Source: Corallochytrium limacisporum Hawaii
Taxonomy: Eukaryota; Protista; Pluriformea
DNA: 64,000 nt
NCBI GenBank assembly: GCA_002811645.1
Contig: PDIP01000043.1
Span: forward strand, 95,289-159,288
Reading direction: 5' to 3'
The notes under the pieces were generated by a model that was not told the origin of the DNA, did not search any database, and worked only from the letters and a program-made list of their open reading frames with translations. A program made the translations under genes and the position numbers. Of the stretch, positions 11,589 to 22,576 are shown one piece after another. The first letter of the stretch is position 1, and the number at the start of each line of letters is the position of its first letter.

Positions 11589-11810
11589 NNNNNNNNNNNN
11601 NNNNNNNNNNNNNNNNNNNNNNNNNNNNNNNNNNNNNNNNNNNNNNNNNNNNNNNNNNNNNNNNNNNNNNNNNNNNNNNNNNNNNNNNNNNNNNNNNNNN
11701 NNNNNNNNNNNNNNNNNNNNNNNNNNNNNNNNNNNNNNNNNNNNNNNNNNNNNNNNNNNNNNNNNNNNNNNNNNNNNNNNNNNNNNNNNNNNNNNNNNNN
11801 NNNNNNNNNN
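11589..11810. other. assembly gap (N run)
   Basis: N bases flanked by C-rich and G-rich runs. Confidence 0.99.
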
Positions 11811-12339
11811 GGGGAGGGGGGTGGAGTCAGCACCGGGGGAGGGGGTGGGGGTAATGGGTCAGGGGAGATGGGTGGGTTGACCAGTGCGAGTTTTGTCCCA
11901 TCTCCCGACCTCCTTATCTCCGGTAAAATTTCTTGGTCCCTGTGAGCCCGCAATGAACAGAAGAGAAGCGCGAGAAAGGAAAGGCGAAGGCATCGGCGAT
12001 ACGGGTAAAGAGAAAATCGCGGCCCCCAAACGAAAATATTGGCCCCCGGGCCGGGGGCGAGTTCAATTTTTGGCTTTTCTTTTGAGCGCACACGCACATA
12101 TTTAAAAAATCAGTCAAGAAAAGAAAAGAGAGCGGCGGAAACCATTCCGGGAGAAAACCGGAGCGGTGAGTGGAGTTCCGTACATTCAATGGCGGGGCCG
12201 TGAGGGGCATACTGAAACTGCAGGACGCCCAGCTTCGGGAAACGCCGGAAGCTGGTGTCACGTATTGAATCTAGCGGCGGGATGTGGATTTGGGAGAAAA
12301 AGGAGGCCTGGGACACCGGAGAAGGGGGTCGTTCGAGAG

Positions 12340-12620
12340 TAAACTTTGTTCGCGCTTGCGGAAAACGTCAAGCCAACACGGGAACCGGCGCCAACCGCGT
12401 TCGATTGCAGCGTCTTTCTCATCATTTGTACCTTATCCTCACGACATCGATGGCTGATTGCATATTCGATTGTTTGCGCACTGCTTCGCTCATCTCAGAC
12501 TTGCAAGATGCATGGCGGAGCGGAATCGGACAGCATTTCATTCTTGTTGCTGCAGCACCGCGTCGCGTCGTCTTCATGTACTACCTGTACCACCAAGTAC
12601 CACATAAAAGACCACAATAA
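12340..12620 (+). pseudogene. class A GPCR-like remnant (TM1-TM3)
   Basis: FALAENV, RLSHHLYLILTTSMADCIF and QTCKMHGG...SISFLLL in two frames. Confidence 0.4.
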
Positions 12621-12922
12621 CACCAACGGATCCTTCTACTATAGGTTGTGTTCTTTACTTTATTGATTACTCTTTTGTACATACGAGATCATGATATGTT
12701 GGAATACATTGGAAAGAGACTGGTGCCAAATGGACGGACAGCCACTTGCGGCAATTAGGTCCGTCCGAGGCACCAACAAGTGAATTTTTGATCACAAGTA
12801 TACTTCCAGGTCATCTAAACTTCGATGATGCGTCCAGGCATAGTGTTCCGAAGCGCAGTCTCAGTCCAACGCGGCCTGTGTGCCAGTCCAGCGGCCAGCC
12901 GATGGCGTATATGTGGGCGATT

Positions 12923-13186
12923 TCATGCAATCTCTCCTGCTCGCTCAGCAGGATCATAATGATTCTTGTCTAAGAATTCCTGTAGCTTGGTCTGGATGAA
13001 TTCTTCGTAGCCCTCGTCTATGCAAATATGCCGATCGTCAAGTTCGGAATGAATAAACTTCACCTTGCTCGTTTCGTTTAAGTGGAGCAGGAACTGCTTC
13101 ATTGCGGGGTCTGCACATGACACCAACACACGCTGAATAGCACGCAATTTGGATGAACCAGGTGGGGCCTGGCCGTGTGAAGACAT
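12923..13186 (-). CDS. GTF2H5: TFIIH subunit p8/Tfb5
   Basis: RAIQRVLVSCADPAMKQFLLHLNE...KFIHSELDDRHICI matches the Tfb5 pattern. ATG at 13186, AATAAA on the minus strand at 12664-12659. Confidence 0.92.
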   Translation of the reverse strand: MSSHGQAPPGSSKLRAIQRVLVSCADPAMKQFLLHLNETSKVKFIHSELDDRHICIDEGYEEFIQTKLQEFLDKNHYDPAERAGEIA

Positions 13187-13564
13187 TGAAACAAGGAGAA
13201 ATGCCAAGACGCTATCTACAACCTGCGTTTGCTCCTTGTCCGTATCGCGTTAATGACAATAGTAATTTGTTCTGATTACATAGCAAGTTTCCTTAGATGT
13301 ATGATGTACGTATGCTGGAACACCATTATTTTTGGGAAATTTTGATTGTCCAATAGGTGTATCCATGAACATGGGGGATATCTGTACTAGTGTGTCATTT
13401 CCTTCGACAGTCCAGAGTGCTCCTGGCTGTCCCGACCGACCAACCGAAAACACGGCAGGGCAGTGGGAAGAGAAGTGGGGAGAACAAAATAGGCCCCCAC
13501 TGCGCATGGGGACAGTGGTTCATCGGCGGCGGGCAAGTGTGTGCGGAGGTCTCAGTTGCGTCGG

Positions 13565-13720
13565 TAAAGGAGGGAGCGTGCTGCGCAAGCTCTTCATTAT
13601 CTTAACGGGTATTTCATTGGCTGTTTCTCAGTCTGATTCTGTAGTAATTGTAGCACCTCAGATGGTTCGGAATCGTATGCTTGCAAAGGAACATGTAACA
13701 ATTTCATATGTATATAGTAA
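13565..13720 (+). pseudogene. class A GPCR-like remnant (TM3)
   Basis: GSVLRKLFIILTGISLAVSQSDSVVIV resembles GxxLCKLxxxLxGISxxVS; CGC occupies the conserved Cys3.25 position. Confidence 0.45.
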
Positions 13721-13740
13721 ATCAACCACCACCTTGAAGC

Positions 13741-14202
13741 ATGGGCGACCTCCGGGCACAGCTGAGCGACGCTGAAGACCAGCTAAAGACTGTGCAGCAG
13801 GCTTTGAAGGCCGATCCCGACAGCGAGGAGTTTCTGAAGCTCAAGACGGAGCTGGAGGAAATAATATTGCTGACACAAGATCTCATTGCTGGTGAACAAG
13901 GAGCTAAAGAGGAAGTGAAGAGTGAGCTTCAGAAGAAGCGCAGTGCGACCCAGCAGGAGCTGGACGAAAAAAGACGACTGTATCTCAAGGAACGGTCACG
14001 GAAGAAGCGTGAGCGGCTCTTGAAGAAGCATGAAGAGCGTGATCGTGAATCCGAGGCCAAGCAGTCTAGCTGGCAGTCCTTCACAAAGAAAAAGGCAGCT
14101 GGAAAGGGCATCGGACTGTCCAAAGGCACTGTCCGCGGGCCGTTCAACTCGGCCGGCAGCAAGCCCAAGGGCACGTTCACTTCCAAACTAAAGAAGTGGT
14201 GA
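13741..14202 (+). CDS. SPF30/SMNDC1-like splicing factor lacking the Tudor domain
   Basis: N-terminal QLKTVQQALKADPDSEEFLKLKTELEEIILLT and C-terminal basic helix ending KQSSWQSF, both SPF30 hallmarks; 153 aa. Confidence 0.75.
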   Translation: MGDLRAQLSDAEDQLKTVQQALKADPDSEEFLKLKTELEEIILLTQDLIAGEQGAKEEVKSELQKKRSATQQELDEKRRLYLKERSRKKRERLLKKHEERDRESEAKQSSWQSFTKKKAAGKGIGLSKGTVRGPFNSAGSKPKGTFTSKLKKW

Positions 14203-14430
14203 TGCGGTAACCGTAACTCAATTCCCGTTCTCGACCCATTAAAGAATATTAGGCACTCCATGACATTATGACTGAAACTAGAGACAATATTTGATATGTA
14301 TACATTTGTGATCGCTGTTGGTAGAGTGATTGCACCGCTGGCGATCGCCCGGGCTTCTTCTCCTTTTTGTGCTATTCTAATATGTAGTTGAACCCGTGAC
14401 AATGGCTTGCTGAGCATATGCTGAGATTCT

Positions 14431-15696
14431 TTACACGCTGTAGGCAGAGGCCTCATCGTAGTCCGCAGGCTGGTTGCGACGGATAATTTGTCGATGGGCT
14501 TTGAGACGCACTGCGTTGATCTTGATGAAGCCTTCGGCGTCAGCAGGATTGTAGGAATCGATGCTCTCCATGGAGGCCAGATTGGAGTCGTACAGAGAGG
14601 AAGGAGAGTAGCGAGCCACAGCCATGCAGTTGCCCTTGTACAGCCAGACATCAACCCATCCATCAATGACCTCCTGGGCCTTGTGCATGGCGGCCATCAT
14701 AAACTCCATCTCGGGGGAGAACCAGAAACCGTTGTATACGATCTCACTGAACTTGGTGCTCAGCATGTCGCGCAGACGCAGCACCTCGCGGTCCATAGCA
14801 ATGCCCTCGATGTCCACATGCGCAGCCCGGAGGATGGTGGCTCCTGGAGTCTCGTAGATACCGCGGGATTTGATGCCCACGAAGCGGTTCTCGACAATAT
14901 CAATGCGGCCCACGCCGTGCTTGCAACCGAGCCGGTGCAGATACATGTACAATTCCAGGGGGTCGGTAATTTCCTTGCCTTCCGCCGTGTTCTCAACCTT
15001 GATTGGGGTACCGTCCTTGAAGTGCAGACGAATCGTCTCGGGCTCATCAGCCCAATTCTTCCAGTGGCCAGTCTTCAAGTAGACGTCCTGGCCACCAATA
15101 TTCTCGGGCTCCTCGAGATCACCACTTTCGTAGCTGATGTGCATGAGGTTCTCGTCCATGCTGTACGGGGGCTTCTCGCCCATGCTAATAGGAATACCGT
15201 GCTCGCGGGCAAAGTTAAGCAGATCGGTACGGCCCTTGAACTGGTCGGTGAACTCAGTCATACGCCACGGGGCAATGACCTGAATCTCGGGCTCGAGGGC
15301 GTAGAAGGTAAGCTCAAAGCGGACCTGATCATTGCCCTTGCCAGTGGCACCGTGGCTAACGAAGGCAGCGTTCTCTTCGCGGGCGATCTGCACTTGGCGA
15401 CGGGCAATGCAAGGCCGGGCCAGGGAGGTACCGAGCAGGTAGCGACCTTCGTAGAGCGCATTGCACTTGATGGCGGGGAAGATGAAGTCGGTAACGAACT
15501 CACGCTTCAAATCCTCAATGTACACTTTGGAAGCACCGATCTTGAGAGCCTTTTCGCGGGCAGCCTCAAAGTCTTCGTCCTGACCGACATCGGCCATGTA
15601 GCAGATGACCTCGTAGTCCTGCAGAAGGAGCCACTTCAGAATGACAGAAGTGTCCAGGCCACCAGAGTAGGCCAAAATTACCTTATCCTTAGCCAT
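14431..15696 (-). CDS. ASS1: argininosuccinate synthase
   Basis: [34 protein letters not shown] and KSRGIYETP motifs; ATG at 15696. Confidence 0.99.
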   Translation of the reverse strand: MAKDKVILAYSGGLDTSVILKWLLLQDYEVICYMADVGQDEDFEAAREKALKIGASKVYIEDLKREFVTDFIFPAIKCNALYEGRYLLGTSLARPCIARRQVQIAREENAAFVSHGATGKGNDQVRFELTFYALEPEIQVIAPWRMTEFTDQFKGRTDLLNFAREHGIPISMGEKPPYSMDENLMHISYESGDLEEPENIGGQDVYLKTGHWKNWADEPETIRLHFKDGTPIKVENTAEGKEITDPLELYMYLHRLGCKHGVGRIDIVENRFVGIKSRGIYETPGATILRAAHVDIEGIAMDREVLRLRDMLSTKFSEIVYNGFWFSPEMEFMMAAMHKAQEVIDGWVDVWLYKGNCMAVARYSPSSLYDSNLASMESIDSYNPADAEGFIKINAVRLKAHRQIIRRNQPADYDEASAYSV

Positions 15697-15779
15697 AGTT
15701 TCTCTGTGCTCAATTGGTATCACAACCGAGGTGCCTCGATAATAGAAGAAAGAGATGTGTTGATGTCTCAACGCCTGTG

Positions 15780-16500
15780 TGGAGCAAAGAATTGTGTTGT
15801 TACCGTCCTTTTATACCTTGTACGACACGGTCACACGCGGAACGACCAACATGCAATGCGGTGGTGTACCGGCTGCATATTCGGCGCCTTTCGCATTCTT
15901 GCAAATTGTTTCTTGGGTTGGGACGTGTTGTTCCGTTCAGTGGAACGTGCACAAAACCTTTGATGGGCAATCGCTTCCCACGAAACAGTAACATACCTCA
16001 GGAATACTGACGACCTACAGTGCGCCGGCGGAGGAGTCCTCCCTGTGTCCGCTACGGACCAGGTACTCCACAACAATCCGATCACCAACGAAAGCGACCG
16101 CCCGGAGCATGTATCATTTACCCGCGTCCCCATATTGGCAAAGTGCCCGTTCGTGCCGAAAGTTTTCTGAGGGGCCCAATTTCCACCGCCCTCAGTTGTG
16201 ATCTCCGATCACTGAATTTGTGAGCAGAACCGAAGTGATTTCTCCCCGGTTGGTAGCGACCTTCCCTAAGGGATTCCGAGAGTAAAGCGACACCCTCTGA
16301 GTAAAAGCCAAACCGGCTAGCCGACAGAACTCCTTCCTCAAGATTTACAATAACTATTGACCTTCACAGAAAAATCAAAAGGACATAAGAGTGCGCACGG
16401 CAGCCCGTGGAAGAGAGGTATCGTCAGCAGTGCAATAAATGCCCGTCAGCATGCGCTGGCGAGCAAGCAGGTGATGTTAGCATTCCTCTACCCGTGGAAA
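15780..16500 (+). pseudogene. class A GPCR-like remnant (TM1 to TM7-H8)
   Basis: [28 protein letters not shown] and a clear TM7/H8 mimic IVSSAINARQHALASKQVMLAF (16420-16485). Confidence 0.5.
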
Positions 16501-17059
16501 GACCCGCGCACATTCACGGGCCCACGGGTAAAATTAACTTTGTGTGTACCCACCGCTTTGTGTGTGTCTCCAACACCTCACAAAATGAGAACAAATTAAA
16601 AAGCCACTCGCCTGATTCTCCACTCGTGAGCGTAGTACCGAAACCAATGCTCCACATCTTCCCCTTGCGCGTGTGTGCTCCGCATGCTGCTTCAGCCACT
16701 CACTCAGCCTCGCACCGCTCACCCGCTTCTGATGGCCATCACTTGCCAGCCCCCCTTCAATTTTCCACCCGCGCTTCCCACTCACCCCTCCCCTTCCCCC
16801 AACTTCAGTTTGAGCGGCGGGTTTGGTGGTGGGCCAGTTGGTTCCCACTCCCTGCCAGCTGTTTTCTGATGGGCGATCAAATTCTATAGCCAGTCTGCGA
16901 ACCTTGGGCGTATTCAAATGGAGAACTGGGAAAAGAGGGGGGAAATCAGGAGTCTATTTAATCCCCTTTGGATAATAACTGTACACCCTAACTCATCGTT
17001 AGAAAGCTTGTGCAATGGATGGGGAGAAAAGAGATGAAGACGGGTGAGAATGGAAGTAG

Positions 17060-17400
17060 TCTTCGCGGCGACCGGGCGGGTCTATTCCTGCAATCGCTGT
17101 GACTAACAAGTTCAAGCGAGATTGGTTGGTTTGCGTCGGGAACGATGTCAGAAACCAGTGATCTCGGGAAGTTGCCCCGTGGGTATAGAGCATTCCTAAG
17201 GAGGTATTAAACACAGTACAAGGCGAACAAAGATGTGGATGAAGCTCAGTAGTTGAGTGGTCGGTTACTGTCGTTGGGAATACAACAGACAAAGAACTCG
17301 CCAATTCGAAAAGTTCTGGGAGAGACGAGGTTACAAACTCGCTCAGGTCTTCAAGATGTCATGGCCGGTGATTTTTCAACTAACGGGATGAAGCCCGTGG
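17060..17400 (-). pseudogene. class A GPCR-like remnant (TM2-TM4)
   Basis: CNLVS...FFVCCIP, HLCSPCTVFNTSLGMLYTHGATSRDHW and SRLNLLVTAIAGI. Confidence 0.4.
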
Positions 17401-17422
17401 TGATATAGTATATTCAACAAGC

Positions 17423-19882
17423 ATGTCAGAGTTCGACGGCGGGTTTCCCCGGATCCGTATCGTTCCAAGTCTGTACGACTTCGTTCTTCAGCATCTTGTG
17501 GAGGACATCTGGCTCATGTCAACAGAAGGTATCGGCTCGATTCCACAGCCTGCTTTCTTAGATGTTGTTCGGAGGATTCGGTCGAACGCGATTGCTCCCC
17601 ATGGTGAGACAGATATGACAAGGCTTATTTGTTTGTGGTACCATCAACAACCACGAGAACTCCAGGAGAATGCGAAGGACGATATAATGGGTGAAATTTG
17701 TATCGGATTATCCCATAGCCTGATAGCAGCAAAATGGATGGTTTGGGCAGGAATGAACAAAAGCTTGATTGAGTATGGTATAGGTAGTGATCAGGGTGAG
17801 TGCAGACGATGCATTCGGGATGATCAAGTCATGCTCTCGTCGTGTACAGCCTGCATCGGTAGTGAAGCGAAAGAACCCTTTCTGGGGATATGGGACCCCG
17901 AGCGGAACCGACACTGCATGGTGAATGGATCAACTCTATGTCTTTCCCTGCATGCGACAACAAGGCACACACAACGCCGCCTGTATCATTGTGATGTCAG
18001 CCGATCCGTTGTCATCGACATAGATGATAGTCCGCGACTTCCGACAGGCTACTTCACTGTAACATCTGCCATGACCGTCAATGTTCTTCGGGTACGGAAC
18101 ATTCCGAGTCTGAGTGGTCGGTTCTTAAACAAATTGTTCCATCGGACCAATCTTACTGAGCTTGTGTTAGAGAACCTGGGAGATGGCGGTGCCTTCGATT
18201 TACAGAGCAATCCTTGGACATGGTACTATTTTTTCCGGATGGAAGAGATTTGTGGGCAGTTGAAGCGGCTGACATTGCGAAATTTACCATGGTTGAGGAA
18301 TGCACATATTCTGGGCAATGTGACCAACCCTTACAGCCTCATGACACCAATGCGGTGTAAGAATCTCACCCACTTGGAAATCAGCAAATGCCCACAGCTT
18401 ATGGATCCGACAATGTCTGCATTTTTGGATGCTGCACAGCATAGTTTGGTCTCTGTGAATTACGATGACAGTGGGCCTGGAGTCACCAACGCTCTGATGT
18501 TCCGGTTCTTAGAGATGGCCTCTACATGGTCATCTACTGCGTGTCTGCGGTATCTGTCTGTACGGAACTGCCAGCACATCACAGACATTTCCCAGGCATC
18601 TACAGAAACACCCGGTCCGTACCGACTACGGTCTCTGCGCCTGGACGGATCCGGTGTGTCTCTGGCAGGAGCGCTGGCTTTGGCCATCCATTGTCCCTCC
18701 TTACAGGCGTTGGGTATCTCGGGTTTGAAGAATTGGCGTGCCTTTGAGGGATCCGCCACCAGAGAGAGCAATACCATGGACAAGAACCAGGACGCATATA
18801 CCTTCATTGCCAATGTCTACAAGCTGCATGAGGGAATATCATCCAAGACACCATTCACTGAATTCTTCGCCGGTGATCACTGGCAGATTGGAGGGCACAA
18901 TGCACGAGACGTGCAACAAGAGGTGGCCATGCGCTATATTGCGCGGCACCTGCTGTCCTCCCATGTGAGCAAGCTGAATCTGGGAGGCGGCTGGACGGAC
19001 GCGGTAGTAGCAGAACTGTCAAAGCGTGTGCCCACGGATGGATCAGCCGCTCTGGTGGCGATACATATCGGTCTCGCTAATCGTTTGTCAGACTCAGGCT
19101 TCTTGATGGCCACCCAGCTCCTCACACGTAACACCTTACCGGCCTCTCTGACAGCTCGTTTTTCAAATGTCAGTCAGGCGACATTAGTCCGGAGCCTTGG
19201 CTATCTATCGAAACACAGCCGGGCACCGTTGGGCACCAAACTCACATGCCTGTGTGTGACGGAGCATACTACAAAACTCGACGACCGGTTTCTGCGTGCC
19301 ATCGGACGCCATTGTCGTGGTCGACTCGCGGAGCTACGCCTGGGTGGCGCGAACGTGCGGTTCACAGACGAAGGGCTGCGTTATTTGCGGCCTCTGCGGG
19401 ACACCTTACGTGTTCTGGACCTCAGCTTCACCGGCGGCTATGCACTACAGGGTCTGACGCTGCATGACATTGGCTTTGGCATGCTTCGTGAGCTGCGCCT
19501 TGACGGCTGCCTAGGCGTCGGCAGCGATCCAAGCAAGTTGATGTCGGGTTGGCTCGGGGACACAGCACTGGCTGTCCGTATGCTGAGCTTGGCAGGCTGT
19601 GAATCACTGGACGATCGAACCCTGGCCAAACTGGTACCTTTGGCGCGGATTCAGACACTTGTGTTGGACGGCACTGCCGTGACCGATGAAGGTGTTGTTA
19701 ATTTCCTAGTTCAACACGTTGAGACAATATACCATGTCTCCATCAATGCATGTCCGAACATAGAGCACCCCGACGAGATTCTCAAGGCCGTGCCCGGCCC
19801 TGGGGACAGGAAGCGAATCACTGTGGAGTACAAGAAGGGCAAATGGAGAAAAATGCCGGAACTCAAGCTGCAATCCCCTTAA
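17423..19882 (+). CDS. RNI-like/FBXL-type leucine-rich repeat protein
   Basis: Repeated LxxLxLxxCxxL/ITD units (LTHLEISKCPQL, LRYLSVRNCQHITD, LRELRLDGC, LSLAGCESLDD); 819 aa. Confidence 0.8.
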   Translation: MSEFDGGFPRIRIVPSLYDFVLQHLVEDIWLMSTEGIGSIPQPAFLDVVRRIRSNAIAPHGETDMTRLICLWYHQQPRELQENAKDDIMGEICIGLSHSLIAAKWMVWAGMNKSLIEYGIGSDQGECRRCIRDDQVMLSSCTACIGSEAKEPFLGIWDPERNRHCMVNGSTLCLSLHATTRHTQRRLYHCDVSRSVVIDIDDSPRLPTGYFTVTSAMTVNVLRVRNIPSLSGRFLNKLFHRTNLTELVLENLGDGGAFDLQSNPWTWYYFFRMEEICGQLKRLTLRNLPWLRNAHILGNVTNPYSLMTPMRCKNLTHLEISKCPQLMDPTMSAFLDAAQHSLVSVNYDDSGPGVTNALMFRFLEMASTWSSTACLRYLSVRNCQHITDISQASTETPGPYRLRSLRLDGSGVSLAGALALAIHCPSLQALGISGLKNWRAFEGSATRESNTMDKNQDAYTFIANVYKLHEGISSKTPFTEFFAGDHWQIGGHNARDVQQEVAMRYIARHLLSSHVSKLNLGGGWTDAVVAELSKRVPTDGSAALVAIHIGLANRLSDSGFLMATQLLTRNTLPASLTARFSNVSQATLVRSLGYLSKHSRAPLGTKLTCLCVTEHTTKLDDRFLRAIGRHCRGRLAELRLGGANVRFTDEGLRYLRPLRDTLRVLDLSFTGGYALQGLTLHDIGFGMLRELRLDGCLGVGSDPSKLMSGWLGDTALAVRMLSLAGCESLDDRTLAKLVPLARIQTLVLDGTAVTDEGVVNFLVQHVETIYHVSINACPNIEHPDEILKAVPGPGDRKRITVEYKKGKWRKMPELKLQSP

Positions 19883-19970
19883 GGTACACTCTATGCCCGT
19901 CAACTCAACACAAGTAAATCACACTATTATCATGTTAGTGTATTGTTTCTTTATTCGGTGAGTTTGCGGT

Positions 19971-20339
19971 TTAGTCCATCTCTTCCAGTTTGTCCAAAAG
20001 TTGCTCTTCTTCCAATAATTTGGTTTTCTGGTCACGTGCCCGGTCAAGGGTATTACTGTCAACGTCTGATCCAATAATCATATACTCGTGGTCCTGGGTT
20101 AGAGGTCCTGGGACGAAATTACCACCAGCCAGAGACACTATCTTATCAAGTTCCCGAGGGCTCAGCACTAACAACTGTCCGGCGGTACCAACTTTTGCTC
20201 CCTTGAAGAAGCCTTCGTGATTAACACTGCTGCTGTGAAGTTCAGCGACAATAGTGGAGGCCAATGGGGCTCGAAGTGCCGTCGTGTTTAGCAGGCTCAT
20301 TACTCGTCGACCACCACGTTTGCCTATTGAGCACAACAT
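19971..20339 (-). CDS. small protein with a single LigA/RFC1-type BRCT domain and a probable mitochondrial presequence
   Basis: FFKGAKVGTAGQL...RELDKIVSLAGG...HEYMIIG...LDRARDQKTKLLEEEQLL follows the LigA/RFC1 BRCT pattern; Arg/Ser/Leu-rich N-terminus with almost no acidic residues. Confidence 0.6.
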   Translation of the reverse strand: MLCSIGKRGGRRVMSLLNTTALRAPLASTIVAELHSSSVNHEGFFKGAKVGTAGQLLVLSPRELDKIVSLAGGNFVPGPLTQDHEYMIIGSDVDSNTLDRARDQKTKLLEEEQLLDKLEEMD

Positions 20340-20795
20340 CTCTCTATTCTTAGGTGTTCCAAAAGATCAAGCAGAACTTAGTTGTATACAACATCTACTG
20401 CGGACCAAGTAGCTTAGCCTAGGGCGCGGGTGAGAATTTCTTACACCAGCACATCACAAGAACACAATTCGCAATGGGCCGACAGTCGCGGGCGCCGGAG
20501 GGAGGACATCTCGAGGGAGGGGTTCCCTGGAGATCGCGGTTCATCGCCAACGGTGGCTTGAATAAGTCTACCAGTTACACCAGACACACCGCTTAGGGCA
20601 AACGAGTTTAAGAATCAAACTCCAAGCCCCAACAAGAGAATCAAACGGCGAACAGCGCTCTTGTACCACTGTTCAGGAATGAGTGATCAATGTAACATGA
20701 CTAAGTGACTGATGTAATACGGGTGTGATAAAATGAAATGAGAAAGTCTATGGCATGAATATGTAGGGAGTAGTGATCATATCGCTAACCGAAAG

Positions 20796-21068
20796 TTACC
20801 GATTGAACTTATCGAGGTTCTGCTCGTTCCAGGTGAACTGGGGTCCCACCGGCTTTGGCTTGATCCCGCTGACATACAGGGAGGCGCAAACCTTCGAAGC
20901 AGAGACGTGCTGCTGATTTAACATTTCGTCGAGGTCGTCTTTGCTAATTTCTTGGCCTGGTGGTAGGACGATGTCTTGTTTCGGCAACTTATCAGAAGCC
21001 CACTGGCCGTCCACGATGTCAATCAGCCGGCCCTTGAAGCCATTGCTCCAATTATATTGTCCGTCCAT
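20796..21068 (-). CDS. ANAPC13: anaphase-promoting complex subunit 13
   Basis: MDGQ...GRLIDIVDGQWASDKLPKQDIVLP...FTWNEQNL matches Apc13 GRILDLIDDAWREDKLP...WTDL; ATG at 21068. Confidence 0.8.
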   Translation of the reverse strand: MDGQYNWSNGFKGRLIDIVDGQWASDKLPKQDIVLPPGQEISKDDLDEMLNQQHVSASKVCASLYVSGIKPKPVGPQFTWNEQNLDKFNR

Positions 21069-21488
21069 GGTGCTCTGTCGATGGACCTGGAGTCCGTTCT
21101 GATCTTGAAAACTTCGAGTCACATATTGAGTATGACGCTGTGTGTGCTCTCAAGTAAGTTTTTCTAAAGTAATCCTTGTCTTTTAAAGAGTAAGGAGCAG
21201 GGAAAGTATGGCTATGCTGCCAGCAAACCGTCACCGAGCTGGCCGAGGGGGTTTTGAGGGCGCGAAGGCACCGAGAATTCGAGGTGGGAGGGAGGCGGAG
21301 GGAGACGAGCACACTGAGTGGCTTCTGTGGGAGAAGACCACTCCCTGCTCTGCTTCTTGAATGCAAAGAAGGTACAAGGTGAACATGTCCAGGATTCACT
21401 AAGAAACGGGAAGAAGAAGGGTCAGACGCACCAACGGTAAGACGGGATCTAACCTGTAAAAACTGATAGAGTACCAAAGTAAACAACC

Positions 21489-21995
21489 ATGGCAAACCAG
21501 AGCGCAAAGAAACAGGCTGAATCCAACAAGCAGACTTTGTTCAGTCACCTGATAATGGTGATCGCTGCTATAGTCATTCATTTCCTGGGACACTTTGCCT
21601 TCCGGATGAGTGAAGTGGACCAATTTGACATGATTGCCTTTGGTATTTGCGGCGCTGTGCAAGGAGCATGCTACTTCATTCTGTTTCGGTCTGGCAATCC
21701 CAAATATGGGGCACGGGGAGAGCTGGTTTCTGCAGGAACAGACTTGAACATGGAAGGAGGAATCCTGGAATACATCAAAGACATCATGTACTTGCTATTG
21801 CTAAGCCAGATCATCTCCTGCTACTCGTACAAAGCCTTTTACATCATGCTGCTGGTGCCGGCATATGCCGTGTACAAGATTTTCTCGCTAATGCTGGGCG
21901 GTGGCAGTGGCCTTCTGGGTGGCAGTGGCAATGGTGATCCGCAGCCTGCGAACCGGGCGCAGCGCAGGGCTATGGCCAAGGGCAAGAAGGAGTAA
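21489..21995 (+). CDS. TMEM208: TMEM208/Snd2 (DUF788) ER-targeting membrane protein
   Basis: MANQSAKK...PKYGARGELVSAGTDLNMEGGILEYIKDIMYL...LVPAYAVYK. Confidence 0.92.
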   Translation: MANQSAKKQAESNKQTLFSHLIMVIAAIVIHFLGHFAFRMSEVDQFDMIAFGICGAVQGACYFILFRSGNPKYGARGELVSAGTDLNMEGGILEYIKDIMYLLLLSQIISCYSYKAFYIMLLVPAYAVYKIFSLMLGGGSGLLGGSGNGDPQPANRAQRRAMAKGKKE

Positions 21996-22039
21996 GCAAG
22001 AATCAACTAGAAAATCCCATTAAAGAAGTTCGCTATTAT

Positions 22040-22500
22040 GCACAATAACAGTTGAACATGTCACATCTGAATCTCAAAGTGTTTGCACACGAGTGCTCTA
22101 TGGAGAAAATACTTATGTCTGTCTGATTGATGGAAGCACATTGTGTGGCCAAGTGCTCAATGATGAAATATAAAATTGAGTCAATCTCAGTGCTCAAGTT
22201 AGCATGTTACAAAATGTCTTTGGTGGTCTCGTTGTTGTCATGCACAAGAAAGATCACAAATATAGGTTGACCCCGTTGCAATATGGTGTTCAATGCACTG
22301 GAACACGCACGCATGGCGAGAAAGTCGTTGGTTTCCCCTGTGGTCCCCACGAGCACGTGCCAGCCCGCGAAATTATTGTGTGACCGTCAAGTGATAACCA
22401 ACTGTTTCTCAGCTCTTCAATGTTACGGGGTACTCTAACCTGTCAAAAACTTCCATGCCGAGATAATAGGTGGATCCAAACCCGAGGCTGAGGGACTGAT
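22040..22500 (-). pseudogene. class A GPCR-like remnant (TM3 to TM7)
   Basis: GSTYYLGMEVFDRL (22477-22436) with exact S3.39-L3.43-D3.49-R3.50 spacing, then FAGW...C and LYFIIEHLATQCASINQ. Confidence 0.55.
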
Positions 22501-22576
22501 GCCGGAGGTGATAAATATTGATATGCTTGATTGATGTAGTTGACCTTAAATAGCTAATGATCGGTCCCGAAACAAG

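Noticed and set aside
12721-12925. SECIS element with TGA read-through of Tfb5
   Set aside because: The hairpin lacks the AUGA/GA quartet, and Tfb5 is complete at the TGA.
14488-15963. 491-aa ORF antisense to ASS1
   Set aside because: Codon-aligned shadow of a highly biased gene, with no ATG start and no recognisable domain.
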